Part shown: positions 38,621 to 50,779 of the stretch, in pieces
How the letters are laid out: each line of letters starts with the position of its first letter
How positions within the stretch are numbered: the stretch's first letter is position 1
Source of the DNA: Styela clava
Taxonomy: Eukaryota
Reading direction: 5' to 3'
NCBI RefSeq assembly: GCF_964204865.1
Contig: NC_135252.1
Coordinates: 20,336,001-20,400,000, forward strand
Length of the DNA: 64,000 nucleotides
Notes under the pieces: generated by a model
Databases searched by the model: none
The model's input: only the letters and a program-made list of their open reading frames with translations
What the model was told of the DNA's origin: nothing
Program-made: the position numbers and the translations under genes

Positions 38621-39238
38621 TCATCGTTGTTTATTGAAGAAACTTCTTAAGAAAGCGAAAAATGCACACAGCAACCGAAAAATCAATATAGCAAACATGC
38701 TCAGTTCCTGAGATTCCGTCTGACGAATGCGTGGGGATTCACGAGTCACACGTGGCGGGGAATCGTGTGCTCCATTCCATAGTCTAACTCCACTTCTACT
38801 AGAACTCATGGAAAACTCGTTAGACCTTGTATGGTGCCAGGTACGGGCTACATTGGGCTGATTGTGTTTGTCAATCAAATTATCTGATCCTCTACGAATT
38901 CGTATGCTAATTCCATCATTCTTTGTTGTAAATTTTTCTTCTGGCAATCGAGATTTGTCCACAAGACGAACCTTTACTTTACTCAGAAAATAATGATTTT
39001 CAAGTAATTTTAGCAAATGAAGTCTTCTGTTGTCCAGTGACCAAAATTTATTATTCATTTCTATGATTTTTATAAGTGGTATGTCATCAACGTTCAGTTC
39101 TCTTTGTGAAATTTTTCTCACAACATCTTGAATTGTATCTCCGTTTTGAAAGTATGGGAGAATAGAATCCTGGGTGTATCGAACATCTGATGGGCGAACC
39201 CATACTCTTGATTCTTTTCGCTTCCACATACTATACAT
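38621..39238 (-). CDS. ParB/sulfiredoxin-fold (Tox-ParB-like) domain protein with C-terminal hydrophobic tail, copy 1 (205 aa)
   Basis: Longest ORF in the window. Motifs VRPSDVRYTQDSI..F.NG, IPLIKII, WSLDNRRL and KFTTKNDG.SIRIR fit the ParB-like family as I recall it. An S/R-rich linker is followed by MFAILIFRLLCAFFAFL and a basic tail. Confidence 0.75.
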   Translation of the reverse strand: MYSMWKRKESRVWVRPSDVRYTQDSILPYFQNGDTIQDVVRKISQRELNVDDIPLIKIIEMNNKFWSLDNRRLHLLKLLENHYFLSKVKVRLVDKSRLPEEKFTTKNDGISIRIRRGSDNLIDKHNQPNVARTWHHTRSNEFSMSSSRSGVRLWNGAHDSPPRVTRESPRIRQTESQELSMFAILIFRLLCAFFAFLRSFFNKQR

Positions 39239-39664
39239 ATATTAAACTTACGACAAGCTTTTTAAAAAAACGAAAAAAAGTACAAAAGATTTGTTATTCT
39301 TGTTGAAAACACTTTTAGGTATTCACCTGACGTACCCCAAAGTCTAGTCCATCCATTTAAACCGACAACTGGTTAATCATAACTCGACATATACTGGTAA
39401 CCGGACGAGAGGCCTTGATATATGATAAGGCAGACGTATCAATTTTCCTCTACCCGAATTAAATAAAAAATTCTCAATTTTCTGCACGTTCGATCCTACT
39501 AGCCGTTTTATTATCATACTAAGTCATAAAGGGTAATCTGATCTGTGAACCTTTTGTCATTAAGCTTCTTTCAGTATCTCATCAGATACGTGCAATCTAA
39601 TCTTGTTGAATTTGTTATCAAACTTTTAATGCAATTAAATGAAAATAAACTTTAGGATCTATAA

Positions 39665-41018
39665 CAGACATGGGCAAAGTACGGCTCGCGGGCCAAATCC
39701 AGCCCATTGGGTGATTTTAATCTGGCCCGCCCTATGCTGCCACAACCAAACGAAAATCATATTTTGATGTTTTAGCTAAGCATATCTCAAGAAACTTGTT
39801 GATTGCGGTTAAATTTAGTTTTGGCACGAGGCCTATTGTTTTCCACTGTTGCTTTTGTAACACTGTAAATATTGTTCATAAAATGTAACTTTTAACGTCA
39901 CAATTACATGATTACAGTGACTGTAGGCAAAATTTTTGGTCCCTAATCCAAAAATCATGTCCACCCGTGATCTATAACGTCAGCTGCTAGTTCATTAGGT
40001 TCTGCGCGTTTCGTACACATTCTCCCCTGTAGCTAATGGTTAAAATAATGTTCGCTAAAATCCCTAAAGTTTCTCCAGTTCATGGAACATCGAGACCAAA
40101 GACAACTTGTTCGAAAGAGTATTTTTTTCTGCGGAAGGTAGCATTCTATATCGGTCCAGCCGTTAAGTCGCCAGAGCTGGACACACAGACAGACAAGCCG
40201 TTAGGCGCCCGATATGGATCTCCGCTAACGGCAGAGTCCGCGTCATTCCAGTTTACTAACGGGTAATACGGAGACGCCATTGTACAGAGAAAATTGTACC
40301 AAAACTGCCAGTTCATTTTGAGCGCTGTGCGGGACATCGGTATCCGTGTGCAATGTTATGCCGTGGCTAATGATTGAAACATGTTCACTAAAATCTCTAA
40401 GGCTTTCTTAATTTATGGACTATACAATGAAGAAGACTTGTTAGAAAGAGTATTTTCCTCCGCGGATGGTATCATTGTCGGAATTTTAATATTCGACTTG
40501 GCTGACGAAAAAATGGCGGTAATTTATCATAAAATAGGAATATTTTCAACGATTAGAGCGTTTTTTGCTGCTGCCATGGAAACGAAACACAAATCCGGAC
40601 TTCCGGTAAAACGCACATAACTAGGTTGACAGTATAACATACGGGTGAAATTTCCTCTAGATCGGTCCAGCCGTTAAGACGCCAGAGCTGGACACACAGA
40701 CAGTCAGAACGACCGATAATAAGGTTCTCCTATAGCGGAGATCCAACAGAACAGTAATCGGTAATTATTGACTCGATTAATTTTATGTGAATAAACTTGC
40801 CTTTTATGTTATATCTAAATACTAACGTAAATCGTAACTTGGCTGGTACGTAAGTCTCGTAAAAACGTTTTCGTCCCGCGATGAATTTCGCGACCCTGAA
40901 AAGGTTGGTGACCTACATTAAATATTCTACTACATAAATTTCTAATTTGGTCGTTGCGGTCTCATTTGAACGCTCTGCGGACTTATTTGAGACCGCGGAC
41001 TCGGGTTGGGAAACACTG
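39665..41018. mobile_element. Composite of hAT MITE ends and a Helitron/Helentron-like internal repeat
   Basis: Left end related to the 9283-9729 family, right end to the 19546-20823 family. Internal direct repeat ATCGGTCCAGCCGTTAAG.CGCCAGAGCTGGACACACAGACAG at ~40150 and ~40661. Confidence 0.55.
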
Positions 41019-41161
41019 TTCTAAGCATTGAGCTGCAAAGCTAGTAGTGACTGATATCAAGTATAGTTTTAACGTATTTTTACGCCTCTTATTTCAGGGT
41101 CTGAATATATTCAAATCTAATAATTGACTCGGTTTAGCATCTTATTTACTTATCAATTTTA

Positions 41162-41435
41162 ATCGGTAAGTATGCTAATAGATATTTGTCTGTCTGTCTG
41201 TTAGATGCACGCGATATCTCACGAAAGCAAGATTGAATCTGCTCCAGATTTTGCATGTGCATTCATCATATGTCGTACCAGTAGCCTATTTTGGATGAAT
41301 TATGTCGTATAATTAGCGAGTTATCAATTAATTAGTGATGGGACACAAGGTGTCACTATGGAATAAGAGCGCTGTTTTGGGGGATCGCCTAACTTTCGAT
41401 CGATAAGTCTTCGGTCTCTAACCAATATTCTCGTT
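41162..41435. mobile_element. Helentron/DINE-1-like element copy
   Basis: Homologous to 34345-34620. Confidence 0.55.
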
Positions 41436-43643
41436 TTGATTTTTGTTGTGTTTTATCTGAAACGAAAAAAAGCGCCCAGGTCGTTTAGCGGTGGAATCCT
41501 TTTTGTGAATAAAAAAATACTTTCAACGAATACCTTTCACATCGTTCTTAAATATAAGCCACGGTCATTGCCTCGATCGTTAAACTGTGAATGACGTGTC
41601 GGCTCAAGATTTGAACCCTATGTAACTGACATCTTGTACTCCAACAGCAAATTTTGGTTAATTTATATCTGGTTTAAACAGATCAGCTTCAAAAGTATGA
41701 TTCATATTTGAGCATATATAGAGCATAAAAATATTGACGATGCGATGCTCAATAATTTATCAGCGACTCCTCTATGGTCGTCCCCGCACTGAACCTCATC
41801 GCTCACCAGATGCCACTCACTGCAAGTCATACGCATAAAAGTTTATCTGCTCAGTAATCTCAATCGCTATACTTGTCATTTGAGCTCATGTTGGTTCAAA
41901 AATTGTACTGGCTGGGTTTACATTTTATGAGGTTGAATTTTTGAATTGCCTGCCCCGATGCCAACCTAATTACAGGTACCACGTAAAATACCTACACGAA
42001 TTCCCCAGACGAAACGTAATAGATTGTATGCTTTATGTCGCTCAATGAGCACTGATCCAATTTGTAATCGAGAAAATGGTTTCGATTTGAATATTTGAGC
42101 CCTGCGTACGGAACTAGAAATCACCTTGCGTAACATTTCATGAGAAAGAGATAAAGCACAAATATTGTGCTGGGCACACATATTATGCCATTCTGGAAAA
42201 ATTTAGACAATGCTCAAATATATAGATACGAAAGCCAAAATGAAGTAGATATTCAATTTTTCACAGTACTTGTACCCGACCGTAGTCTTACCGTTCTCGA
42301 CTGAGAATCACATTGCAATGATCGCGAACGCGAACTCGGAATCGCAACGAGGTGCGTAATTTTTAATTTTAACTTTGTGTCTGACAAGCTTACAAAAATC
42401 GATTGCCATTAGAAAAAAATACTCATTGTCATTAGAATAGTATTGCTGTTAGAATTTATCGTATTTAATGTTTTTTATTGTCAATTATGATTCAATTTGT
42501 GCTTATCGAATAAAAATACCGCTTGAAAGAGAGTTGACCCAATACAAAATCTTTGACCTTGAAAATGAATAGCCCTGTGGTTAGGAATGAAATCACATAA
42601 TTTAAAACGGAGACATTATGCAAGGCAACAACTTTGGGTGGATATGGCATAAACATACATATTCCTTTTATGTGTTCCTTTATAATGTGTGCGATAGAAT
42701 ACATTGAATAAATATGCAATGGTAGTAATCATTGAAAAATGATTTAAAACTTTACCGATAATAATATTTTACTTAAACTGGAATAGAAATTAGATATTGA
42801 AAAAGCATGCTCTATTGTAGGACAAATGAGACAAGTGCAAACATGTGTGTTGCATGTGTGGGACAAGTAAGCAACGTCATTTTTGATACATCCTGTCAAC
42901 AGTGTACCAAGACACATGAAACACCCACGTTGATTGATTATTCCACGTAAAAAATGATTAAGGATTAAAAATGTACGGCATCAATTATGTCTTTGATTTT
43001 TAACAAAAAAAATTTGTTTTAAATTATTCGAGTTACACAAATATATTTGTGCTGGTGGTAGCAAAATTCTTAAATCACCCAGAATCGCTGTTCTTCAATT
43101 TTGCTTTGCATCTTTTCATTAGGGTATAGGGGAAGCATAGGCAAGGATGAATAATTAGAGCCAGAATCACAATGGACAAAGCAAAATGACGCTTGCATTA
43201 GTTTTTATTTCAAGTCTGAATTTCCAATCTCGCCTGCTCTCTACTAGGGAAAGGTTCTACTTCAATAATTTCAAAAATGCTATTCCCGCTTCCATACCAT
43301 TGGACGCAACGCAAAATAGCCACCGACAAGTAGAAAGAATTACCATGTCTCCGTTATATAAATATATATATTTCCCAAGCCCTCGCTATATTGTGCTTGT
43401 TTGCCTGAATGGTTCATAAGAAAATGATTTGATATATTTCTGTATTGTTTGACAAACAAAATCTTTCAATTTTAAAAGAATTTTTCACTATATTACGCAA
43501 TGTTTGGAAAGCATTATTTCAATATTTATTAGTTTGCAATGTAAATAGACATAAAAAGTCATCTGACATTACAACGGATAATCGTTAAAGGCCAGGCAGT
43601 TGTTTAGCGAGTGTGCCTCATTCAGTGAGCATATCAAATAGAA

Positions 43644-44108
43644 CAGGGGTTCCCACTATTTATTACCACAGCTTATGGCGACTCATCTAGTGATTTTCTA
43701 CAATGTAATTTTATTTTTGATGAATGAACTCAAAAAACATCAAAAAAAAACATAGTGTTTTTATTCTAAGGAATATAAATCTAAATCATGTCTAAATTTC
43801 GGGGAAACACGGCAAGAAGTAAGAAGTGCTGTACAGTGTACAAAACTGCTATACACAAAAAAGCCACATGGTCATTCTTTGTGTAGCAAATTTTTGTTCC
43901 TTTGAGAAGATCGTAAAACGGAAACTTTCACAGATTAGGATTTAAATTCAATTTAATTTTTTTTTTTTTTTAAGATTTACGTATTCGAGTCGCCACCGAT
44001 CCTAATGGCCAGCATAATTAATCAAAGCTTCCTACATCATTTAACGACCCACTAAGATTCCTTTTGCGACCTACCAGTGGGTCGCGAACCATAGCTTGGG
44101 AACCGTTG
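43644..44108. mobile_element. hAT-like MITE
   Basis: CAGGGGTTCCCA ... TGGGAACCGTTG flanked by an AATAGAA duplication; second copy at 50312-50779. Confidence 0.7.
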
Positions 44109-44335
44109 AATAGAATGTTTCAGGTTTATGTCAGAAGATAAAAATTGTGGGCAAAGATGTTTATTTATCCGTATAGTTTATTCAGGTAGGACTTATAAAT
44201 AATTGACGTTATAAAGACTTGGACTACTAATTTAATAGGAACGACGGCAAAGTGCTATGATTAAACAAAGGTTAAAGCTCCAACAATTTACAAAAGACAG
44301 GAAGGGACAGTCGTCGAATAGTAAAAAGCGCTTGG

Positions 44336-44396
44336 TTAAGAGTCTAAAAATACAATCTGACATAGAGTATGTCAGATAGTATTTTTAGACTCTTAA
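44336..44396. repeat. 29-bp inverted repeat (3-nt loop) at the duplication junction
   Basis: TTAAGAGTCTAAAAATACAATCTGACATA-GAG-TATGTCAGATAGTATTTTTAGACTCTTAA, one mismatch. Confidence 0.9.
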
Positions 44397-45524
44397 TAAG
44401 TGGGCGATAAATGAAAAAAAGGTTAAGAACCACTGGTTTAGATATTACTTGAATACTTGACAGGGTTTCTTGAGGCATTTCTAACACTTACGATTAAAAA
44501 TTAGGCAGGCCATATATCTGAATGAATCGAATAAATCTCAAATAAATGATGAAACATTTACTCCAGGTACAATTAAATAATCAAATTAATAACTTCAATG
44601 GAACATGAAAAATAAAAAATTTGTGTCGATTTTATTAAGAATTCGCCTAGTAGTAGGCCTAGCCATTCGTTTAAGTGTATGACCTTATTACCGATCAGTC
44701 GATCGCGAACTATTTTGAAGATTTCAGTCGATCGCGGCCGAAACCAGGTTGGCCACCTCTGATATATAACATGGTCCATGACACTGTGAATATGCCACAC
44801 TTAAAACATCTGAACTATACTTATACAGAATTACACTTTTAAGTTTCACCCTTGATAGAATAACATAACAATCTGATTAGCATATTTTACATAAAATAAT
44901 AAAAAAATCAAATACTTGCGATAGCGCTGAACAAAAGAACAACACTTTGTAACTACACACTTTGACGTTTTCACGCTTTCTTAGTTTAAAATGAATTCGG
45001 TCTCCAACTTAGGAAAATTTGAAAGAGTATTCGGGAAAAGTCCCACTGCTAGTCCACAAAAACATTTACAATTGGGACAAATTGCTAAATCACGTGGGCC
45101 AGATAAATTTGGTTTGATTTGTGACGCCAAATAGTTCAATTTGGATTGTATTGACAATGACTGAAAGATGATTCTGTTTCGCTCTAATTATTAAAGTGCA
45201 AGTGTCTAGTTTTCGAAAAGAAGTTTTCGCTTTCCTTGTACATTTTCCGTTGCATGAAAAAGTTAATGGGGCACAGGATTTCAGTGCAATAGGCCACAAA
45301 GGAAAAGAGTTGGACATTACTGGTTTAATCAGCTCATCCACACATCACCTGTCTTTGGTTGAAAAACCAATTTGGACTCAGATTCTTAGTTGAGTCAGTA
45401 AAATTTGACTCCGAGTGTTTTTGTCAAATCAGCCTATCATCAGCTGGCTTTCGTCATGAGTGAGTAATAACTGAAGTGTATAATTTAAAAGTTTATGAAG
45501 TTTTTTCGTAACATTCATCGTTGT

Positions 45525-46133
45525 TTATTGAAGAAACTTCTTAAAAAAAGCGAAAAATGCACACAGCAACCGAAAAATCAATATAGCAAACATGCTCAGT
45601 TCCTGAGATTCCGTCTGACGAATGCGTGGGGATTCACGAGTCACACGTGGCGGGGAATAGTGTGCTTCATTCCATAGTCTAACTCCACTTCTACTAGAAC
45701 TCATGGAAAACTCGTTAGTCCTTGTATGGTGCCTGGTACGGCCTACATTGGGCTGATTGTGTTTGTCAATCAAATTATCTGATCCTCTACGAATTCGTAT
45801 GCTAATTCCATCATTCTTTGTTGTAAATTTTTCTTCTGGCAATCGAGATTTGTCCACAAGACGCACCTTTACTTTACTCAGAAGATAATGATTTTCGAGT
45901 AATTTTAGCAAATGAAGTCTTCTGTTGTCCAGTGACCAAAATTTATTATTCATTTCTATGATTTTTATAAGTGGTATGTCATCAACGTTCAGTTCTCTTT
46001 GTAAAATTTTTCTCACAACATCTTGAATTGTATCTCCGTTTTGAAAGTATGGGAGAATAGAATCCTGGGTGTATCGAACATCTGATGGGCGAACCCATAC
46101 TCTTGATTCTTCTCGCTTCCACATACTATACAT
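45525..46133 (-). CDS. ParB/sulfiredoxin-fold (Tox-ParB-like) domain protein, copy 2 (202 aa)
   Basis: Near-identical to 38621-39238. A 1-nt indel in an A-run near 45545 changes only the last residues (FFKKFLQ versus FLRSFFNKQR). Confidence 0.72.
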   Translation of the reverse strand: MYSMWKREESRVWVRPSDVRYTQDSILPYFQNGDTIQDVVRKILQRELNVDDIPLIKIIEMNNKFWSLDNRRLHLLKLLENHYLLSKVKVRLVDKSRLPEEKFTTKNDGISIRIRRGSDNLIDKHNQPNVGRTRHHTRTNEFSMSSSRSGVRLWNEAHYSPPRVTRESPRIRQTESQELSMFAILIFRLLCAFFAFFKKFLQ

Positions 46134-46638
46134 ATATTAAACTTACGACAAGCTTTTTGAAAAAACGAAAAAAAGTACAAAAGATTTGTTATTCTTGTTA
46201 AAAACACTTTTAGGTATTCACCTGACGTACCCCAAAGTCTAGTCCATCCATTTAAACCGACAACTGGTTAACCATTCCCATACTCGACATATACTGGTAA
46301 CCGGACAAGAGGCCTTGACATATGATAAGGCGGACGTATCAATTTTCCTCTACCCGAATTAAAAAGAAAATTCTCAATTTTCTGCACGTTCGATCCTACT
46401 AGCCGTTTTATTATCATACTAAGTCATAAAGAGTAATCTGATCTGTAAACCTTTTGTCATTAAGCTTCTTTCAGTATCTCATCAGATACGTGCGATCTAA
46501 TCTTGTTGAATTTTTTATAAAACTTTTAATGCAATTAAATGAGAAGAACAAGCCGGTAGGCGCCCAGGATCTCCGCTGATAGTTGAAGCTCGCACTCAAG
46601 CTACCGGTTATCATTCATATAAACTTCAGAATCTATAA

Positions 46639-47910
46639 CAGACATGTGCAAAGTACGGCTCGCGGGCCAAATCCAGCTCATTGGGTGATTTTAATCTGGC
46701 CCGCCCTATGCTGCCACAACCAAACGAAAATCATATTTTGATGTTTTAGCTAAGCATATCTCGAGAAACTTGTTGATTGCGGTTAAATTTAGTTTTGGCA
46801 CGAGGCCGATTGTTTTCCACTGTTGCTTTTGTAACACTGTAAATATTGTTCATAAAATGTAACTTTTAACGTCGCAATTACATGGTTACAGTGACTGTGG
46901 GCAAAATTTTTGGTCCCTAATCCAAAAATCTTGTCCACCCGTGATCTATAACGTCAGCTACCAGTTCATTTTAGGTTCTGCGCGTTTTGTAGACATTCTC
47001 TACTGTTGCTAATGGTTAAAATAATGTTCGCTAAAATCCCTAAAGTTTCTCCAGTTCATGGAATATCGAGACGAAAGACAACTTGTTCGAAAGAGTATTT
47101 TTTTCTGCGGAAGGTAGCATTCTATATCGGTCCAGCCGTTAAGTCGCCAGAGCTGGACACACAGACAGACAAGCCGTTAGGCGCCCGATATGGATCTCCG
47201 CTATCGACAGAGTCCGCGTCATTCCAGTTTACTAACGGGTAATACGGAGACGCCATTGTACAGAGAAAATTGTACCAAAACTGCCAGTTCATTTTGAGCG
47301 CTGTGCGGCTCATCCGTATCCGTGTGCAAAGTTATGCCGTGGATAATGATTAAACATGTTCACTAAAATCCCTAAGGCTTTCTTAATTTATGGACTATAC
47401 AATGAAGAAGACTTGTTAGAAAGAGTATTTTCTTCCGCGGAGGGTAGCATTCTCGGAATTTTAATATTCGACTTGGCTGACGAAAAAATGGCGGTAATTT
47501 ATAATAAAATGGGAATATTTTCAAGAATTAGAGCGTTTTTTGCTGCTGCCATGGAAACGAAACACAAATTCGGACTTCCGGTAAAACACACATAACTAGG
47601 TTGACAGTATAACCTACGGGTGAAATTTCCTCTAGATCGGTCCAGCCGTTAAGACGCCAGAGCTGGACACACAGACAGTCAGAACGACCGATAATAAGGG
47701 TCTCCTATAGCGGAGATCCAACCGAACGACCGATAATATTAATAAGGATCTCCTATAGCGGAGATTCAATAACGGGTCTCCTATAGCGTAGATCTGATAA
47801 ATATCGCCAATCACCGTCAGCAAGTGACTACCTCAAATTGGTAATTGACACAGCATGTGTAATATACCATACTTCCGGGTTAGTGAAACGTACGCAACAC
47901 TTAAGGTTTA
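46639..47910. mobile_element. Second copy of the composite element, with a short tandem array
   Basis: Homologous to 39665-40750; about three copies of TCTCCTATAGCG(G/T)AGAT at 47680-47795. Confidence 0.55.
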
Positions 47911-48052
47911 TTCTAAGCATTGAGCTGCAAAGCTAGTAGTGACTGATATCAAGTATAGTTTTAACGTATTTTTACGCCTCTTATTTCAGGGTCTGAATAT
48001 ATTCAAATCTAATAATTGACTCGGTTTAGCATCTTATTTACTTATCGATTTT

Positions 48053-48331
48053 AATCGGTAAGTATGTTAATAGATATTTGTCTGTCTGTCTGTTAGATGC
48101 ACGTGATATCTCACGAAATCAAGATTGAATCTGCTCCAGATTTTGCATGTGCATTCATCATATGTCGTACCAGAAGCCTATTGATTTTGGATGAATTATG
48201 TCGTATAATTAGCGAGTTATCAATTAATTAGTGATGGGACGCAAGGTGTCACTATGGAATAAGAGCGCTGTTTTGGAGGATCGCCTAACTTTCGATCGAT
48301 AAGTCTTCGGTCTCTAACCAATATTCTCGTT
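48053..48331. mobile_element. Helentron/DINE-1-like element copy
   Basis: Homologous to 34345-34620. Confidence 0.55.
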
Positions 48332-50311
48332 TTGATTTTTGTTGTGTTTTATCTGGAATGAAAAAAGCGCCCAGATCGTTTGGCGGTGGAATCCTTTTTG
48401 TGATTGCCTTTTATCAGCGACTCCTCTATGGTTGTCCCCGCACTGAACCTCATCGCTCACCAGATGCCACTCACTGCAAGTCATACGCATAAAAGTTTAT
48501 CTGCTCAGTAATCTCAATCGCTATACTTGTCATTTGAGCTCATGTTGGTTCCAAAATTGTACTGGCTGGGTTTACATTTTATGAGGTTAAATTTTTGAAT
48601 TGCCTGCCCCGATGCCAACCTAATTACAGGTACCACGTAAAATACCTACACGAATTCCCCAGACGAAACGTAATAGATTGTATGCTTTATGTCGCTCAAT
48701 GAGCACTGATCCAATTCGTAATCGAGAAAATGGTTTCGATTTGAATATTTGAGCCCTGCGTACGGAGCTAGAAATCACCTTGCGTAACATTTCATGAGAA
48801 AGAGATAGAGCACAAATATTGTGCTGGGCACACATATTATGCCATTCTGGAAAAATTTAGAGAATGCTCAAATATATAGATACGAAAGCCAAAATGAAGT
48901 AGATTTTCAATTTTTCACAGTACTTGTACCCGACCGTAGTCTTACCGACCTCGACTGAGAATCACATTGCAATGATCGCGAACGCGAACTCGGAATCGCA
49001 ACGAGGTGCGTAATTTTTAATTTTAACTTTGTGTCTGACAAGCTTACAAAAATCGATTGTCATTAGAAAAAAATACTCATTGTCATTCGAATAGTATTGC
49101 TGTTAGAATTTATCGTATTTAATGTTTTTTATTGTCAATTATGATTCAATTTGTGCTTATCGAATAAAAATACCGCTTGAAAGAGAGTTGACCCAATACA
49201 AAATCTTTGACCTTGAAAATGAATAGCCCTGTGGTTAGGAATGAAATCACATAATTTAAAACGGAGACATTATGCAAGCAACAACTTTGGGTGGATATGG
49301 CATAAACATACATATTCCTTTTATGTGTTCCTTTATAATGTGTGCGATAGAATACTTTAAATAAATATGCAATGGTAGTAATCATTGAAAAATGATTTAA
49401 AACTTTACCTATAATAATATTTTACTTAAACTGGAATAGATATTAGATATTGAAAAAGCATGCTCCATTGTAGGACAAATGAGACAAGTGCAAACATGTG
49501 TGGGACAAGTAAGCAACGTCATTTTTGATACATCCTGTCAACAGTGTACCAAGCAAGACACATGAAACACCCACGTTGATTGATTATTCCACGTAAAAAA
49601 TGATTAAGGATTAAAAATGTACGGCATCAATTATGTCTTTGATTATTAACAAAAAAAATTTGTTTTAAATTATTCGAGTTACACAAATATATTTGTGCTA
49701 GTGGTAGCAAAATTCTTACATCACCCAGAATCGCTGTTTTTCACTCTTGCTTTGCATCTTTTCATTAGGATATAGGGGAAGCATAGGCAAGGATAAATAT
49801 TTAGCGCCAGAATCACAATGGACAAAGCAAAATGACGCTTGCAGTAGTTTTTATTTCAGGTCTGAATTTCCAATCTCGTCTGCTTTCGACTAGGGAAAGG
49901 TTCTACTTCAATATTTTAAAAAATGCTATTCCCGCTTCCATACCATTGGACGCAATGCAAAGTAGCCGCTGACAAGTAGACAGAATGACCATGTATCCGT
50001 TATCCTGGCCTTTCTGGACAAATACATAAATATATATATTTCCCAAACTTTCGCTTTATTGTTCTTGTTTGCCTAAATGGCTCATAAAAAACGATTTGTT
50101 TGATTGCTGTATTGTTTGACAAACAAAATCTTCCAAATTTAAATGAATCAATCATTATATTACGCAATGTTTTGGACAGCATTATTGCAGTATTTATTAG
50201 TTTGCAATGTGAATAGACATAAAAAGTCATCTGACAGTACAACGGATAATCGTTAAAAGCCAAGCATTTGTTTAGCGAGTTTGCCCCATTCAGTGAGCAT
50301 ATCAAATAGAA

Positions 50312-50779
50312 CAGTGGTTCCCACTATTTATTACCACAGCTTATGGCGACTTATCTAGTGATTTTCTACAATGTAATTTTATTTTTGATAAATGAACACA
50401 GAAGACCTCTTTCAAAAAAAAAATATAATGTTATTATTCTAAGGAATATAAATCTAAATCCTGTCTAAATTTCGGGGAAACACGGCAAGAAGTAAGAAGT
50501 GCTGTACAGTGTACAAAACTGCTATACACAAAAAAGCCACATGGTCATTCTTTGTGTAGCAAATTTTTGTTCCTTTGAAAAGATCGTAAAACGGAAACTT
50601 TTACAGATTAGGATTTAATTTAATTTATTTATTTTTTTTTTTTAAGATCTACGTATTCGAGTCGCCACCGATCCTAATAGCCAGTATAATTAATCGAAGC
50701 TTTCTACATCATTTAACGACCCACTAAAATTCCTTTTGCGACCTACCAGTGGGTCGCGAACCATAGCTTGGGAACCGCT
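50312..50779. mobile_element. hAT-like MITE (duplicate of 43644-44108)
   Basis: CAGTGGTTCCCA ... TGGGAACCGCT flanked by AAATAGAA. Confidence 0.7.

Noticed and set aside
40036-40620. Duplicated short ORFs (76, 63 and 79 aa; also 47006-47595)
   Set aside because: They lie within repeat-element sequence, are conserved only because of the recent duplication, and show no recognisable domain.
38621-46133. Bacterial contamination or a true sulfiredoxin/partition ParB
   Set aside because: The ORFs are embedded among host MITE families shared with introns of the spliced genes. They lack the Srx catalytic Cys motif and the ParB HTH/dimerisation regions, and there is no ParA neighbour.
47620-47800. 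CRISPR-like repeat/spacer array
   Set aside because: Eukaryotic context, about three degenerate units without unique regular spacers, and no cas genes.
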